Assembly: GCA_963848305.1 (NCBI GenBank)
Contig: CAWKDC010000001.1
Span: 128,001 to 192,000 of the forward strand
DNA from: an uncultured Gammaproteobacteria bacterium
Lineage (GTDB): Bacteria; Pseudomonadota; Gammaproteobacteria; JABCZS01
Direction: 5' to 3'
Length of the DNA stretch: 64,000 nucleotides
The position numbers and the translations under genes were made by a program. The notes under the pieces are model-generated. The model was given only the letters and a program-made list of their open reading frames with translations. It had not been told where the DNA came from and ran no database searches. Positions within the stretch are counted from its first letter, which is position 1. Every line of letters starts with the position of its first letter. Of this stretch, positions 50,535-64,000 are shown in pieces.

Positions 50535-52399
50535 ATGTCCAAGAAGCAGAGTGAGCAAACGCGAACAGGGGATTTTATCACAGCGCGAAGCAGCTATGTC
50601 GTACAATTTTTGTCGCAAACACCCCATTCCCCGGGCGTGTATCGCATGTATGATCAAAACGATACGCTGCTCTATATTGGAAAGGCCAAAGATTTACATA
50701 AGCGTATCCAATCATACTTTTCTCGCGCACTGGATGCGAAAACGCTCGCATTGGTTCAGCAGATTGTTCGCATGGAATATACCTTAGTGCCCACGGAAGT
50801 CGATGCGCTCGTTCTCGAACACAGTCTGATTAAAACACATAAGCCTCACTATAATATTCTGCTGAAAGATGATAAATCTTATCCATTCTTGATGATCAGC
50901 AAGGGTGAGCCTTATCCGCGCATGGATATATACAGAGGGTCGCGTCACGAATCGGCGTACTATTTTGGCCCCTATCCCAGTGCCCATGCAGCAAGACAAA
51001 GTTTGCATCTGATGCAAAAGATTTTCAATATCCGTCCTTGTGAAAATACTTTTTTCAAAAACAGATCGCGGCCGTGCTTGCAATATCAAATCAAACGGTG
51101 CAAAGCGCCTTGTGTTGGTTATATTTCGCCTGAGGATTATGCAACAGATGTCGAGCATGCCATTTCCTTTTTGGAAGGCAAAACACATGAGGTGATTGAT
51201 CAGCTCGTCGCCCGCATGGATGAAGCGTCCGCTCAAAAAATGTATGAAAAAGCCGCTGTTTTTCGTGATCAGGTTCGTGCACTCCAATTGCTTGTTCAGC
51301 AGCAACAAATGACACATGGTCACAATTCATTGGATGTGTGCGTGATTGTGTCTGGAACGATGCATGCAGTGATCACGCAACTGTTCGTGCGAAATGGCGA
51401 AGTTGTGGGCCATAAAAATACAGTATTTAAAAATCCTCTGCAAACGGATGCTGAATTACTCGGTTCATTTATGGGGCAGTATTGTTTGTCTCAAGATTCT
51501 CTACAGATGCCTCGCGAATGGGTCATGAACATCTTGCCAGAAGAAGACGATTTATTGATTTCGGCTATTAAACAAAAAACGGGTAAACCATTCAAGATTA
51601 TTTCTCGTCCACAACAGGAGAAAAAAGTTTGGATGGGCATCGCATTGAAAAATGCACGCGATACTTTGATGATGGTTGAAGGGCAGGCAGCTCTCGCGGC
51701 AGTCACATTGCAACAATTAGAATCTTGGTTGTCGACCAGCGAAGTGGAAAGAATCGAATGTTTTGACGTGGCCCATTTGCAAGGAGAGCAAACGGTTGCG
51801 TCGTGTGTTGTGTTCGATGCGAACGGCCTGTGTCATCTGAATATCGACGCTTCAATATCACTGGCATCACACCAGGAGATGATTATGCAGCACTTGCACA
51901 AGCACTGACGCGTCATTACAGCAAACGTAAGATGGCCATGGCGCCGTTACCTGACGTGATCATCATTGATGGCGGAAAGGGGCAGTTATCGCGCGCATGC
52001 GATGTGCTCGCAGAACTGCAACTTCAAGATATCGCGATATTTTCTGTGTCAAAAGGCCCTGATCGGAAACCGGGTGAAGAACAAATCTGGCGCCCTGGTC
52101 ATGAGCCTGAACGTTTTCCTGAAGACTCGGCTTTGCTTCATTTCATTCAGCGTATTCGTGATGAAGCGCATCGATTTGCGATCACAGGACATCGTCGTGC
52201 CCGTGCGCGCAAAATGAAAACATCCACCTTAGAAGACATTCCAGGGATAGGGGCCAAGCGGCGTCAGGCTTTGTTGAAACATTTTGGTGGCTTACAAGGA
52301 TTAAAAGCGGCGCGAATAGAGGCGATTGCCAAAGTCCCCTTGATTAGTTTAAGCTTAGCGAAGACAATTTTTGAGTATTTACATGGAACCCAGGAGTAA
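50535..52399 (+). CDS. uvrC: Excinuclease ABC subunit C (frameshift near 51,827)
   Basis: PGVY, YIGKAK, CLQYQIKRC, IECFD; second frame YRRFNI, GDDY, IDGGKGQ, RDEAHRFA, HhH. Confidence 0.93.
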
Positions 52400-52402
52400 T
52401 GA

Positions 52403-52957
52403 ATGATGATGACAATCCCCAATATGCTGAGTTTATTTCGCTTGGCTTTGCTCCCCGTGTTGTTTCTGGTTTTTTATGCTGACTTTGAATACCACTATAC
52501 ATCCTGCATGTTGGTCATCCTCCTGATCGGCGTATCCGATTTTTTGGATGGTTATTTGGCGCGCCGACTCAATCAAACCTCTCGCTTTGGAGCGTTCATT
52601 GATCCGGTGGCCGATAAAATTGCAGTAGCGATGGCCTACATTCTGGTCGTAGAGATGTATGAAAGTCTGTGGATCACGTTGGCGGCCATCATTATTATTG
52701 GACGTGAGATCAGCATTTCCGCGTTACGCGAGTGGATGGGCACTGAAGGTAAGGGAGTGGTGATCCCTGTCTCTCAATTGGGCAAATGGAAAACCACACT
52801 TCAGATGTGGAGTGTAGGCGGGTTGTTCTGGGTTCCTGATATGAACTATTTCCCTTTCACTGTCTTCATCTATCTATGTTTGCTGATAGCGACGGGTCTG
52901 ACCATCATCTCGATGATTGATTATTTCACTGCAGTTTGGAAGAATTTAACCACCTAG
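52403..52957 (+). CDS. pgsA: CDP-diacylglycerol--glycerol-3-phosphate 3-phosphatidyltransferase
   Basis: IPN.LS..R, DFLDGYLARRLNQTSRFGAFIDPVADK, GKWKT. Confidence 0.95.
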   Translation: MMMTIPNMLSLFRLALLPVLFLVFYADFEYHYTSCMLVILLIGVSDFLDGYLARRLNQTSRFGAFIDPVADKIAVAMAYILVVEMYESLWITLAAIIIIGREISISALREWMGTEGKGVVIPVSQLGKWKTTLQMWSVGGLFWVPDMNYFPFTVFIYLCLLIATGLTIISMIDYFTAVWKNLTT

Positions 52958-53000
52958 TGGATGACCTTGAAAAAATGTTCAAAAAATTCACCTTACCCCA

Positions 53001-53029
53001 TTGACAGAAGATCTTGTTTTACGTAATAT
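53001..53029 (+). promoter_or_regulatory. Sigma70 promoter of the tRNA operon
   Basis: TTGACA-17 bp-TAATAT, ending 12 bp before tRNA-Gly. Confidence 0.75.
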
Positions 53030-53041
53030 TCCGCATGTCAA

Positions 53042-53117
<76 letters not shown>

Positions 53118-53134
53118 CTTTGGTTTCTAGCTAA

Positions 53135-53205
53135 GGCTGGGTGGCAGAGTGGTCATGCAGCGGCCTGCAAAGCCGTGTACGCCGGTTCGATTCCGACCTC
53201 AGCCT
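53135..53205 (+). tRNA. tRNA-Cys(GCA), CCA not encoded
   Basis: GGCTGGGTGGCAGAGTGGTCATGCAGCGGCCTGCAAAGCCG...GGTTCGATTCCGACCTCAGCCT. Confidence 0.95.
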
Positions 53206-53243
53206 TATCTAGAGACTAAAGACACAATCCACAATTTGAAATC

Positions 53244-53332
53244 GCCCGGGTGGCGGAATAGGTAGACGCAAGGGACTTAAAATCCCTCGGGATTTAACTC
53301 CCGTGCCGGTTCGATTCCGGCTCCGGGCACCA
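53244..53332 (+). tRNA. tRNA-Leu(TAA)
   Basis: GCCCGGGTGGCGGAATAGGTAGACGCAAGGGACTTAAAATCCC...GGTTCGATTCCGGCTCCGGGCACCA. Confidence 0.96.
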
Positions 53333-53397
53333 CAATTGTCAGCACGTGCTAAACTGTCGTTGGAAGGAACCATTAAACAACATTTAGGCAATTAACT

Positions 53398-56300
53398 ATG
53401 CGCATTAAATCATTAAGATTGGCACGTATCAAGCTTGCAGGTTTTAAATCTTTCGTTGATCCTACCACCATTGAATTCAAGTCCGACCGTGTGGCTGTCG
53501 TTGGACCCAATGGGTGCGGTAAATCCAACGTGATTGATGCCGTTCGTTGGGTGATGGGAGAAAGCTCCGCCAAGCATCTCCGTGGCGACTCCATGACTGA
53601 CGTCATTTTCAACGGCTCTACTGGGCGCAAGCCAGTCGGTCAAGCCAGTGTTGAGCTCGTGTTTGACAACAGCGAGGGCAGTCTTGGGGGCGAATATGCT
53701 GCCTATGCTGAAATCTCTATCAAGCGTGTCGTTAACCGTGAAGCAGAATCTCATTACTATTTGAATGGTGTGCGTTGCCGGCGTCGCGATATCACGCATA
53801 TTTTCTTGGGTACAGGCTTGGGTGCGCGCAGTTATTCCATCATTGAGCAGGGCATGATTTCCCGTTTGATTGAAGCCAAACCTGAAGACTTGCGCAATTT
53901 TCTCGAAGAAACGGCTGGTATCTCAAAATATAAAGATCGTCGACGTGAAACCGAAAACAGGATGAAGCATACGCGTGAAAATTTGGATCGCTTGAATGAT
54001 CTGCGTGACGAGTTGGAACGCCAGCAAGAAAAATTAAAGCGTCAATCAGAATCTGCTGCTAAATTCAAAATTTTCAGAGAAGAAGAAGATTTATTACAAG
54101 CACAATTTCTGGGCATTCAATGGCGCGATCTAGACGCAAAATACAATCAAGAAAGTGCTTCACTGGGCGTTGCGCAAACCCATGCCGAAGGAATTGCTGC
54201 AGAACGCACACGGTTAGATGCACAGTGGGAGAAAATGCGCATTGAACATGACGCGCTCACGGATGCATTATCTCAAGCACAAAATCATTTTTACGATATC
54301 GGCTCTCAAGCCTCTCGCATCGAACAAGATTTGAAGCATGCGAAAAGTCGATTGGGCTCGCTCACCCATGAACACACCAGTACATTGCAAAGCTTGGGAG
54401 AGTTGCGTGAAGAGCAATCTCAAGATGAAGTGCATATATTGGGTTTGAATGAACGCGCAATATCGATTGAACCAACGTTATTAACCAGTGCAAAGGCTCA
54501 TGAGGCTGCTGCATTGCGTCTCTCCGAAGCGGAGCAAGCGCTGCAGCAGTGGCAAAAAGCGTGGGACACGTTGAATCAATCATTCCACACGGTTTCTCAA
54601 AAAGCCTATGGCGAACAAACCACCATCACGCATTTGGAACAAGCGACGTTCAAAGCGCAAGAGCGTTTATCAAAACTGAATACACAAGCGGCAGCCTTGT
54701 CCAGTCAAGCGCTCGATACTCAAATGGCACAAGCCAATGAACGCGTTGCTGCGGCACACGCGCACCTTGAGCAGACTAAACTCGCACTGGAAGAGGCGCG
54801 CACACGGATCCAGTCTGCCCGCGATCAGATCACAGAAGCGCAACATGCTCTAGATGATCATAAAGAAGACGTCCAAAGCACGAAAGCAGATTTAGCAAAA
54901 CAACTTGCACTGCAAGAAGCTGCACTGAAAGGTGTTCATCAGTCTACATCAGAATGGTTAAAATCACGCGGATATGACAGTGCTAAACGGTTAGCACAAT
55001 GCTTGTCTGTTGAACCAGGCTATGAACAAGCCGTTGAAACCGTGTTAGGGGATACGTTGCAAGCTGTCTGTGTGAGCGATTTGCTCACGGTGCGCGAAGG
55101 ATTGGGCGATTTCCCTGCAGGGGATTGTTGTTTCTTAACCTCATCCAACGACACGTTATCGCCCAAAGCCAATTCATTGCTCAGTAAAATTCAACAAAGT
55201 CCATTTGATTTGTCCGGTTGGTTGGGACACATTCTGGTTGCTGAGTCAGATGGAGAAGCGTGGGCCATGCAATCGCAATTAGCGCCACACGAATCAGTGA
55301 TCACGAAAGACGGCTTATGGCTATCCAAATCATGGCTTCGCGTTAGCAAGAAAGTCACTGAAAACACCTCCATTTTAGCGCGAGAAAAACGCATTCATGC
55401 TCTGACGCAGGCGTTGGCGGCACTCGAGGCAGAAACACCTGCGCTGGCAGAAGCCTTGTCAATGGCCCATGAAGCATTGGCTGATCGAGAAATGGATCGC
55501 GATGATGCGCAAAAGGCATCAAACGAATCACACCGTTTAATGGTAGAAGCCCGTTCGAATTTGGCTTCATTGCAAAAAGAAGCCACGCAAATCGCTGATC
55601 GACGTCGTCAAGTTGAACAAGAATTGGCGGATGTCACGAAACAATTGTCTCAAGATGAAACGCGCATCAAAGAAACACGTGCCACATTAGAGCAACATCT
55701 CGATCAGATGGCTGCATTCGAGCAACAGAAAACGGCTCAATTAACCACTAAAGATCAGATCATGCAAGCATTTCACGATGCAAAAACGTTGTCGAAGCAA
55801 ACATTCGATGAAGCGCAGCGTATTAAAATCGAATTGTCAGGATTGCAGTCTTCATTACAAAGTGCCTCAAAAAATAAAGACCGCTTGAGTGCTCAGCTTG
55901 ACAAAATGTCTCAGCAAGCTGCTCGTTTGCAAGTTGAGATGGAAGAAACTTCAAAACCTTTACCAGAGATGGAAGCAACTTTTGCCGCTTTATTGGATCG
56001 CCGTGCTCAGGCAGATACTGCATTACAAGCTGCTCGCACGACGCTTGATGCGAGTGCGCATGCCATGCGTGATTGTGAGCAGCAGCGTCATACGCTGGAA
56101 CAAGCTCTGCAAGAGGCGCGTGAAAAGTTGGAAGGCATGCGTTTGAACTTGCAAACATTGAAAGTCCGTGCAGAAACTTTGCAAGAGCAAATGTCTTCAT
56201 CTTCTTTTGTGTTGCTGGACGTTGTTCAAGGATTACCACCGGAAGCGACAGCATCATCACTGGAATCCCAATTAAACACAGTGCGCGATCGTATCAAACG

Positions 56301-56916
56301 GTTAGGTGCAATTAACTTAGCTGCCATCGAAGAATATGAGGCCACGCATGAGCGCCGCGCCTACCTCGATGCGCAATTGCTGGATTTGAACACAGCGCTC
56401 GAAGCACTCGAGTCTGCCATTGCGCGCATCGATAAAGAAACGCGTGATCGCTTCAAAGAAACATTCGATAAAGTGAATGATAATTTGAAACAATTGTTCC
56501 CTCAAGTTTTCAATGGGGGAGAAGCGTATTTGGAAATGACGGGCGACAATTTGCTTGAAACAGGTGTGTCCATCATGGCACGTCCCCCTGGTAAACGCAA
56601 TGCGACCATTCATTTATTATCAGGTGGTGAAAAAGCATTGACTGCCATGGCCTTGGTGTTTTCATTGTTCCGCCTCAACCCGTCACCTTTCTGTATGCTG
56701 GATGAAGTGGATGCGCCTTTGGATGATACCAATGTGGGTCGCTTCTGTAATTTGGTGAAAGAAATGGCGAAGTCTGTTCAATTTATTTTTATCACGCACA
56801 ACAAATTAACCATGGAAATGGGTGAAACGTTGATGGGTGTGACCATGAAAGAGCCTGGTGTTTCGCGCATTGTGTCGGTGAACATCGATGAGGCTGCGGA
56901 ATTAATAGACGCGTAG
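53398..56916 (+). CDS. smc: Chromosome partition protein Smc
   Basis: GFKSF, GPNGCGKSN, coiled coils, LSGGE, LDEVDAPLD. Confidence 0.97.
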   Translation: MRIKSLRLARIKLAGFKSFVDPTTIEFKSDRVAVVGPNGCGKSNVIDAVRWVMGESSAKHLRGDSMTDVIFNGSTGRKPVGQASVELVFDNSEGSLGGEYAAYAEISIKRVVNREAESHYYLNGVRCRRRDITHIFLGTGLGARSYSIIEQGMISRLIEAKPEDLRNFLEETAGISKYKDRRRETENRMKHTRENLDRLNDLRDELERQQEKLKRQSESAAKFKIFREEEDLLQAQFLGIQWRDLDAKYNQESASLGVAQTHAEGIAAERTRLDAQWEKMRIEHDALTDALSQAQNHFYDIGSQASRIEQDLKHAKSRLGSLTHEHTSTLQSLGELREEQSQDEVHILGLNERAISIEPTLLTSAKAHEAAALRLSEAEQALQQWQKAWDTLNQSFHTVSQKAYGEQTTITHLEQATFKAQERLSKLNTQAAALSSQALDTQMAQANERVAAAHAHLEQTKLALEEARTRIQSARDQITEAQHALDDHKEDVQSTKADLAKQLALQEAALKGVHQSTSEWLKSRGYDSAKRLAQCLSVEPGYEQAVETVLGDTLQAVCVSDLLTVREGLGDFPAGDCCFLTSSNDTLSPKANSLLSKIQQSPFDLSGWLGHILVAESDGEAWAMQSQLAPHESVITKDGLWLSKSWLRVSKKVTENTSILAREKRIHALTQALAALEAETPALAEALSMAHEALADREMDRDDAQKASNESHRLMVEARSNLASLQKEATQIADRRRQVEQELADVTKQLSQDETRIKETRATLEQHLDQMAAFEQQKTAQLTTKDQIMQAFHDAKTLSKQTFDEAQRIKIELSGLQSSLQSASKNKDRLSAQLDKMSQQAARLQVEMEETSKPLPEMEATFAALLDRRAQADTALQAARTTLDASAHAMRDCEQQRHTLEQALQEAREKLEGMRLNLQTLKVRAETLQEQMSSSSFVLLDVVQGLPPEATASSLESQLNTVRDRIKRLGAINLAAIEEYEATHERRAYLDAQLLDLNTALEALESAIARIDKETRDRFKETFDKVNDNLKQLFPQVFNGGEAYLEMTGDNLLETGVSIMARPPGKRNATIHLLSGGEKALTAMALVFSLFRLNPSPFCMLDEVDAPLDDTNVGRFCNLVKEMAKSVQFIFITHNKLTMEMGETLMGVTMKEPGVSRIVSVNIDEAAELIDA

Positions 56917-56993
56917 CGACACAATCTTGTTTGGGCACGGTCTATGTGCCTACTTGCTTGTAGGGGCAGGTTCATTAACACGGAGGATATAAA

Positions 56994-59557
<2,564 letters not shown>

Positions 59558-59587
59558 GGGCGGATATTTCTATGGTACGATCATCCC

Positions 59588-60373
59588 ATGCGTATCGCCA
59601 TGGGTCTAGAATATGAGGGAACCGCTTATAGCGGCTTTCAAGCACAGCCGGAGGGTAAAACCGTTGCTGATTGCTTGAATGCGGCCATTTCCCAGGTCGC
59701 CAATGAACCGATTGAATGTATTTGTGCTGGCCGAACCGACGCCGGCGTTCATGCCCGCGGCCAGGTCATCCACTTTGATACCCACGCTATTCGCACTGAA
59801 CATGCCTGGTTGATGGGCGTCAATCGTTATCTGCCGCCTGATATTGCCATTCAATGGGTGAAATTCGTGCCCATTGATTTTCATGCCCGTTTCGATGCAA
59901 CAGCCAGACGATACCATTATCATATCTTGAATAAGCCAGTTCGTCCTGGGTTGGACGCACGCTTCTTGACATGGCATTATGTTCACCTGGACGCAGAGCG
60001 CATGCATGAGGCGGCCCAATTATTGGTCGGTGAACATGATTTTTCGGCTTTTCGCGGGAGTGATTGCCAAGCAAAAAGCCCTGTTAAAACAGTTCACTAT
60101 ATCAATGTCGTGAGAAATCAGGATATCATTTGCTTGGACATCAAAGCCAATGCATTTTTGTACCACATGGTGCGAAACATCGTGGGCACCCTCTATAAGA
60201 TAGGGGAAGGCAGACAGCCTGTGCAGTGGATGTCTGTGGTGTTGGAAGGTCGGGATCGTGCCAAGGCAGGCGAAACAGCTCCCGCAAAAGGCCTGACATT
60301 ACTTGAGATTAGTTACCCAGAGGTATACAATCTGCCCGTGGGCGCAAGTATGCGTCCCTACAGCCCTATTTAA
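59588..60373 (+). CDS. truA: tRNA pseudouridine(38-40) synthase
   Basis: [21 protein letters not shown]. Confidence 0.96.
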   Translation: MRIAMGLEYEGTAYSGFQAQPEGKTVADCLNAAISQVANEPIECICAGRTDAGVHARGQVIHFDTHAIRTEHAWLMGVNRYLPPDIAIQWVKFVPIDFHARFDATARRYHYHILNKPVRPGLDARFLTWHYVHLDAERMHEAAQLLVGEHDFSAFRGSDCQAKSPVKTVHYINVVRNQDIICLDIKANAFLYHMVRNIVGTLYKIGEGRQPVQWMSVVLEGRDRAKAGETAPAKGLTLLEISYPEVYNLPVGASMRPYSPI

Positions 60374-60395
60374 CAATTACATAGGATCGCAACAT

Positions 60396-61256
60396 ATGAG
60401 CTGGTTCAAAAAACTCTTTCCATCCCGCATCGCGACCACGACAGAATCACGTCGTGGCGTACCTGAGGGCGTATGGACCAAATGTCCCAACTGTCAGGCA
60501 GTATTATACCGCGCTGAGCTCGAGCGCAACCTTGAAGTATGTCCGAAATGCCAACACCACATTCGCTTAAGCGCGCGTAAACGGTTGGAATACTTTTTTG
60601 ATAAGGGCATGTATGAAGAAATTGGTGCTGATATCCAACCTGTCGATCGCTTAAAATTCAAAGACACTAAAAAATATAAAGACAGACTGCTCGCTGCTCA
60701 AAAAGAGAGTGGTGAACATGATGCCTTGATCTCAGGTCAAGGAACGCTCGAAGGGCACCCCATCGTTGCTTGCGCATTTGACTTTGGTTTTATCGGGGGA
60801 TCAATGGGCGCTGTGGTTGGTGAGCGATTTGTGCTAGCGGCAGAACGTGCATTGGCAGAGCGCATTCCTTTCATTTGCTTTTCAACAAGCGGTGGCGCGC
60901 GCATGCAAGAATCGGTCATCTCCCTCATGCAAATGGCCAAAACATCCGCCGCATTGGCGCGTTTGGCACAAGCGGGTGTTCCTTACATTTCTGTGATGGC
61001 TGATCCGACCTACGGCGGCGTTTCGGCCAGCTTGGCAATGCTAGGGGATGTGAACATTGCAGAACCTCATGCCATGATTGGTTTCACAGGCCCGCGCGTG
61101 ATCGCACAAACGGTGCGCGAAACCTTGCCAGAAGGGTTTCAAACTGCTGAATTCTTATTGGCACACGGTTTCATCGACATGATTGTCGCTCGTGGCGATA
61201 TGCGCTCGGTTGTATCTCGATTGACAGGAAAATTCATGCATGCCCAAGCGGTTTAG
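60396..61256 (+). CDS. accD: Acetyl-CoA carboxylase carboxyltransferase beta
   Basis: [33 protein letters not shown]. Confidence 0.96.
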   Translation: MSWFKKLFPSRIATTTESRRGVPEGVWTKCPNCQAVLYRAELERNLEVCPKCQHHIRLSARKRLEYFFDKGMYEEIGADIQPVDRLKFKDTKKYKDRLLAAQKESGEHDALISGQGTLEGHPIVACAFDFGFIGGSMGAVVGERFVLAAERALAERIPFICFSTSGGARMQESVISLMQMAKTSAALARLAQAGVPYISVMADPTYGGVSASLAMLGDVNIAEPHAMIGFTGPRVIAQTVRETLPEGFQTAEFLLAHGFIDMIVARGDMRSVVSRLTGKFMHAQAV

Positions 61257-62556
61257 CAGCCAATCTTTGGCTGAATGGCTCACGTACTTGGAAGGGATGC
61301 ATGCCAAAACCATTGATTTGGGGTTGGAACGTATGCGGCCTGTTGCCGAACAGATTTGGCCTCACAATCCTTGTCCTGTCGTCACTGTGGCAGGCACCAA
61401 TGGCAAGGGGACGACTGTCGCGGCCTTGCAAACCTTGGCGGCACACGCTGGATGGCGCGTGGGCGTGTACACATCGCCGCATCTTTTTCAATTTAATGAG
61501 CGCATAGTACTGGATTTGCCCGGCAGTGGCGCACAGCCTGTTTCCGATATGCAGTTGATTGAAGCGTTTGAGCAGATTGATTCCCTGCGGGGTGATGTCA
61601 CGCTCACTTATTTTGAATTCACGACCTTGGCGGCTTTATATGTGTTCCGCAGTATGCACCTTGATTTGGTGATCCTTGAGGTGGGGCTGGGCGGTCGTCT
61701 TGATTCAACCAATGTGGTCGACGCTGATATCGCTATCATTACCCGGATTGCGCTGGATCACATGGATTATTTGGGGGATACGCGCGAGCAGATTGCAGTT
61801 GAAAAGGCGGGCATCATGCGTCCTGGGAAACCCTGTATTTACGGTGGCAATGATTTGCTAGGGGTGATTCAAGACTGTGCGAATAAGCAGAGTGCACAGT
61901 TACGTACCATCAGTTTGCTTCTTAACGATCCTGTGCTGAAGCAAGTCTCGCAGCACACCCTGATTCCTGTGGCCAATCTGGCGTGTGCATTCACAGCATT
62001 TCAATTATTGGGCGGGCAGAGCAGTGTGTCACAGTGGAACCAGCTCGCAAACAAAAAACCAAAAGGGCGTTTTACGCCTGTCAATTGGCAAGGCAAAACC
62101 GTCATATTTGATGTCGCCCATAACCCTGATGCCATGGCATTGCTGGCTCAGCATATTGCCCAATTACCTCAAGCAGATGTTCGGCTGGTGATCGGCATGT
62201 TGGCGGATAAAGACCATCACGCGTCTGTACAGCCTTTAAAACACGACCCGCGGATACGGTTCTATGTTTCATCTCCATCAGGTACGCCACGGGCAGCACC
62301 AGCTGCATCATTGATGAATGCGCTGGAACTTAAGACTGCAAGAACATTCAATACGCTAGAGATTGCATTTCATGCTTCGCTTGAGGAATCAGGTTCCGAC
62401 ACTGTATGGATAGTGGCAGGGTCATTCTATACCGTGGCGGAGGTGTGGCATCTGTTGACAGGAGGATGGCAAGCTGGTACTCTCGTAGGCAGTGGATATA
62501 CTTATTTGGAGGCATCATGCCAGAGTCGAACAAAGGTTCAGATGATAAAGGTCTAG
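61240..62556 (+). CDS. folC: Folylpolyglutamate/dihydrofolate synthase
   Basis: [35 protein letters not shown]. Confidence 0.95.
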   Translation: MPKRFSSQSLAEWLTYLEGMHAKTIDLGLERMRPVAEQIWPHNPCPVVTVAGTNGKGTTVAALQTLAAHAGWRVGVYTSPHLFQFNERIVLDLPGSGAQPVSDMQLIEAFEQIDSLRGDVTLTYFEFTTLAALYVFRSMHLDLVILEVGLGGRLDSTNVVDADIAIITRIALDHMDYLGDTREQIAVEKAGIMRPGKPCIYGGNDLLGVIQDCANKQSAQLRTISLLLNDPVLKQVSQHTLIPVANLACAFTAFQLLGGQSSVSQWNQLANKKPKGRFTPVNWQGKTVIFDVAHNPDAMALLAQHIAQLPQADVRLVIGMLADKDHHASVQPLKHDPRIRFYVSSPSGTPRAAPAASLMNALELKTARTFNTLEIAFHASLEESGSDTVWIVAGSFYTVAEVWHLLTGGWQAGTLVGSGYTYLEASCQSRTKVQMIKV

Positions 62557-62900
62557 CTTATTACGCTTGCTTTGCGGTGATTTTCGGTACAATTGGTGCG
62601 TGCGTTGGTTGTACAATTGCGCAAGACTTGGGTGAAGTCATCCTTGCCGATGGCCCCCCGCCTGGTTATGCTCATTTTATGACAGAGAGTGAATCAACCC
62701 ATATCGACGGTTATACCCAAGCAGGCAAAGCATGGGTAGGCGGCAGCACAGGTGTTGGTGCGCTCTTTGGTATGATGTTAGTGATGCTCTACAGAAATAG
62801 TGCAGTGGTCAAAAGCACGTTCACATCGCTCTTTAATTCGAAGCGTGCTGATACCAGCGCAGGTGCTGGTCGTGAGCCACTTCTAAATAACAATATCTAA
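62517..62900 (+). CDS. Orphan 2-TM membrane protein
   Basis: RBS GGAGG then ATG at 62,517; two Gly-rich hydrophobic segments. Confidence 0.6.
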   Translation: MPESNKGSDDKGLAYYACFAVIFGTIGACVGCTIAQDLGEVILADGPPPGYAHFMTESESTHIDGYTQAGKAWVGGSTGVGALFGMMLVMLYRNSAVVKSTFTSLFNSKRADTSAGAGREPLLNNNI

Positions 62901-62962
62901 GCGTAATATCTTCATGCACAGGCTCATTGCGAGCAGTGCGTAGTGAATGATTTGTGTGGGTG

Positions 62963-64000
62963 TTACATAACATAATTTGGCACTAATTGCTGTAAGAAAA
63001 CATCACAGGGCATACACAGTATTTTTCCGCGACGAAATGTTTCGGAGCCTCGATACAATAATATGGCACTAGCTTCTGGATAGTCCGCTAAAAAAATATT
63101 AAGTGCTTTTACATCATCATTTGAAACTTGTGTTGAGTTTTTAACTTCTATCGCCCAAAAAACTTTTGTACCGTAAACCACAAAATCAACCTCAACGCCG
63201 GATCGCGTTCTCCAAAAATGAATGGCATGCTTTTCAGTGGAATAATCATTCCATGCCCGCAAATGGTTTGCAACAAGACCCTCTAAACACGTGCCATTGA
63301 TTTCATCGTTACTATCCAATAAGCCGCGGGGACGTAATACGTTAAATACACCGCTATCAAAAAGATAAAATTTGGGATGCACACTCAATTCTCGTTGAGC
63401 ACGCTTGGTAAAGACAGGAATTTGATAAGCCAGCAAGAGCTCCTCTAATATCAAAATATAATTTTCAACCGTCTTACGCTTTACCGCGCATTCACGCGCA
63501 ATATTGGCGACATTCAGTATGGCTCCATGTGAAAACGAAACAACTTCTAAAAATCGTGAAAAACTCTCAATGTTTCTCGTTAGCCCTTCCATTTGTATTT
63601 CTTCATGCAAATAAAGGCTGATATACCCATGCAGAATATCCACCGCATCTGACTCTCCTGTGACCAAAGGCAATAATCCTTGCGACAATGCCTTTTCAAG
63701 ACTAAAGACATTTCCGAGTTCAGCGGCCATGAATGGATGTAATTCACGTTTCAGGGCACGTCCGCCTAATAAATCTGCGCTCGTCCGTTTCAGCTTCCGT
63801 GAACTGGATCCAGTCAAAATAAATTGCTTTCCTTGTTTTTTTTCTATTTCTTGGTGCACAATTGAAAGCAAACTGGGTGCTTTCTGTACCTCATCAATAA
63901 TAATGGTGTTCTTATCAGGGTAGTCTTGTATCAGTTCTGCAAAACGTCCAGGTTGAGCCAGGTAAGTATGCAATACAGAAGGCGTCAGCAAATCGATGTA
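62963..64000 (-). CDS. AAA_14 ATPase with DUF4143 domain, 5' part beyond window
   Basis: IIDEVQK, ILTGSS, PKFYLFDSG, FWRTRSGVEVDFV...AIEVK. Confidence 0.9.
   Translation of the reverse strand, partial: YIDLLTPSVLHTYLAQPGRFAELIQDYPDKNTIIIDEVQKAPSLLSIVHQEIEKKQGKQFILTGSSSRKLKRTSADLLGGRALKRELHPFMAAELGNVFSLEKALSQGLLPLVTGESDAVDILHGYISLYLHEEIQMEGLTRNIESFSRFLEVVSFSHGAILNVANIARECAVKRKTVENYILILEELLLAYQIPVFTKRAQRELSVHPKFYLFDSGVFNVLRPRGLLDSNDEINGTCLEGLVANHLRAWNDYSTEKHAIHFWRTRSGVEVDFVVYGTKVFWAIEVKNSTQVSNDDVKALNIFLADYPEASAILLYRGSETFRRGKILCMPCDVFLQQLVPNYVM

Noticed and set aside
27488-52399. Genome decay or programmed frameshifting in msbA, lpxK, lolC, uvrC
   Set aside because: One indel per gene, no slippery heptamers or further degeneration, and essential functions; sequencing error is the simpler explanation.
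62963-64000. DUF4143 ATPase as part of a defence system
   Set aside because: Widespread stand-alone family, cut by the window edge, with no partner genes visible.

Overview
The window looks like two unrelated genomes joined at about 11,521. Left part (1-~11,521; more GC-rich by eye, Acidobacteria-like gene set): a tyrosine integrase running off the left edge, a truncated IS630 remnant, a convergent TPR / CRTAC1(ASPIC-UnbV) pair, then a co-oriented catabolic cluster (IclR-HTH/sugar-binding fusion regulator, divergent LarA-family protein, SDR, VOC, Gfo/Idh/MocA, TonB-dependent receptor cut at the junction). Right part (~11,522-64,000; more AT-rich, Gammaproteobacteria, Legionellales/Coxiellales-like by gene content): starts inside pyrD and is mostly core genome (slt, a 5-gene beta-oxidation operon, msbA-lpxK, rne-rluC-sppA, lolC/E-lolD, comEC-exbB-exbD, dps, gshA, L,D-transpeptidase, yccA, tRNA-Ser, gacA-uvrC-pgsA-tRNA Gly/Cys/Leu, smc-zipA-ligA-truA-accD-folC). 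It is interspersed with orphan genes bearing eukaryote-like motifs and with REP-like repeats. Seven right-part genes, several of them essential, carry small frameshifts that are most likely read errors. No CRISPR array or rRNA was seen. Best novelty candidates: two adjacent orphans with motifs resembling eukaryotic SIAMESE-type CDK inhibitors (13.2-14.1 kb), and the LarA-centred cluster with an apparently rewired active site (4.6-11.5 kb). All family calls come from motif recognition by eye; no database searches were run.
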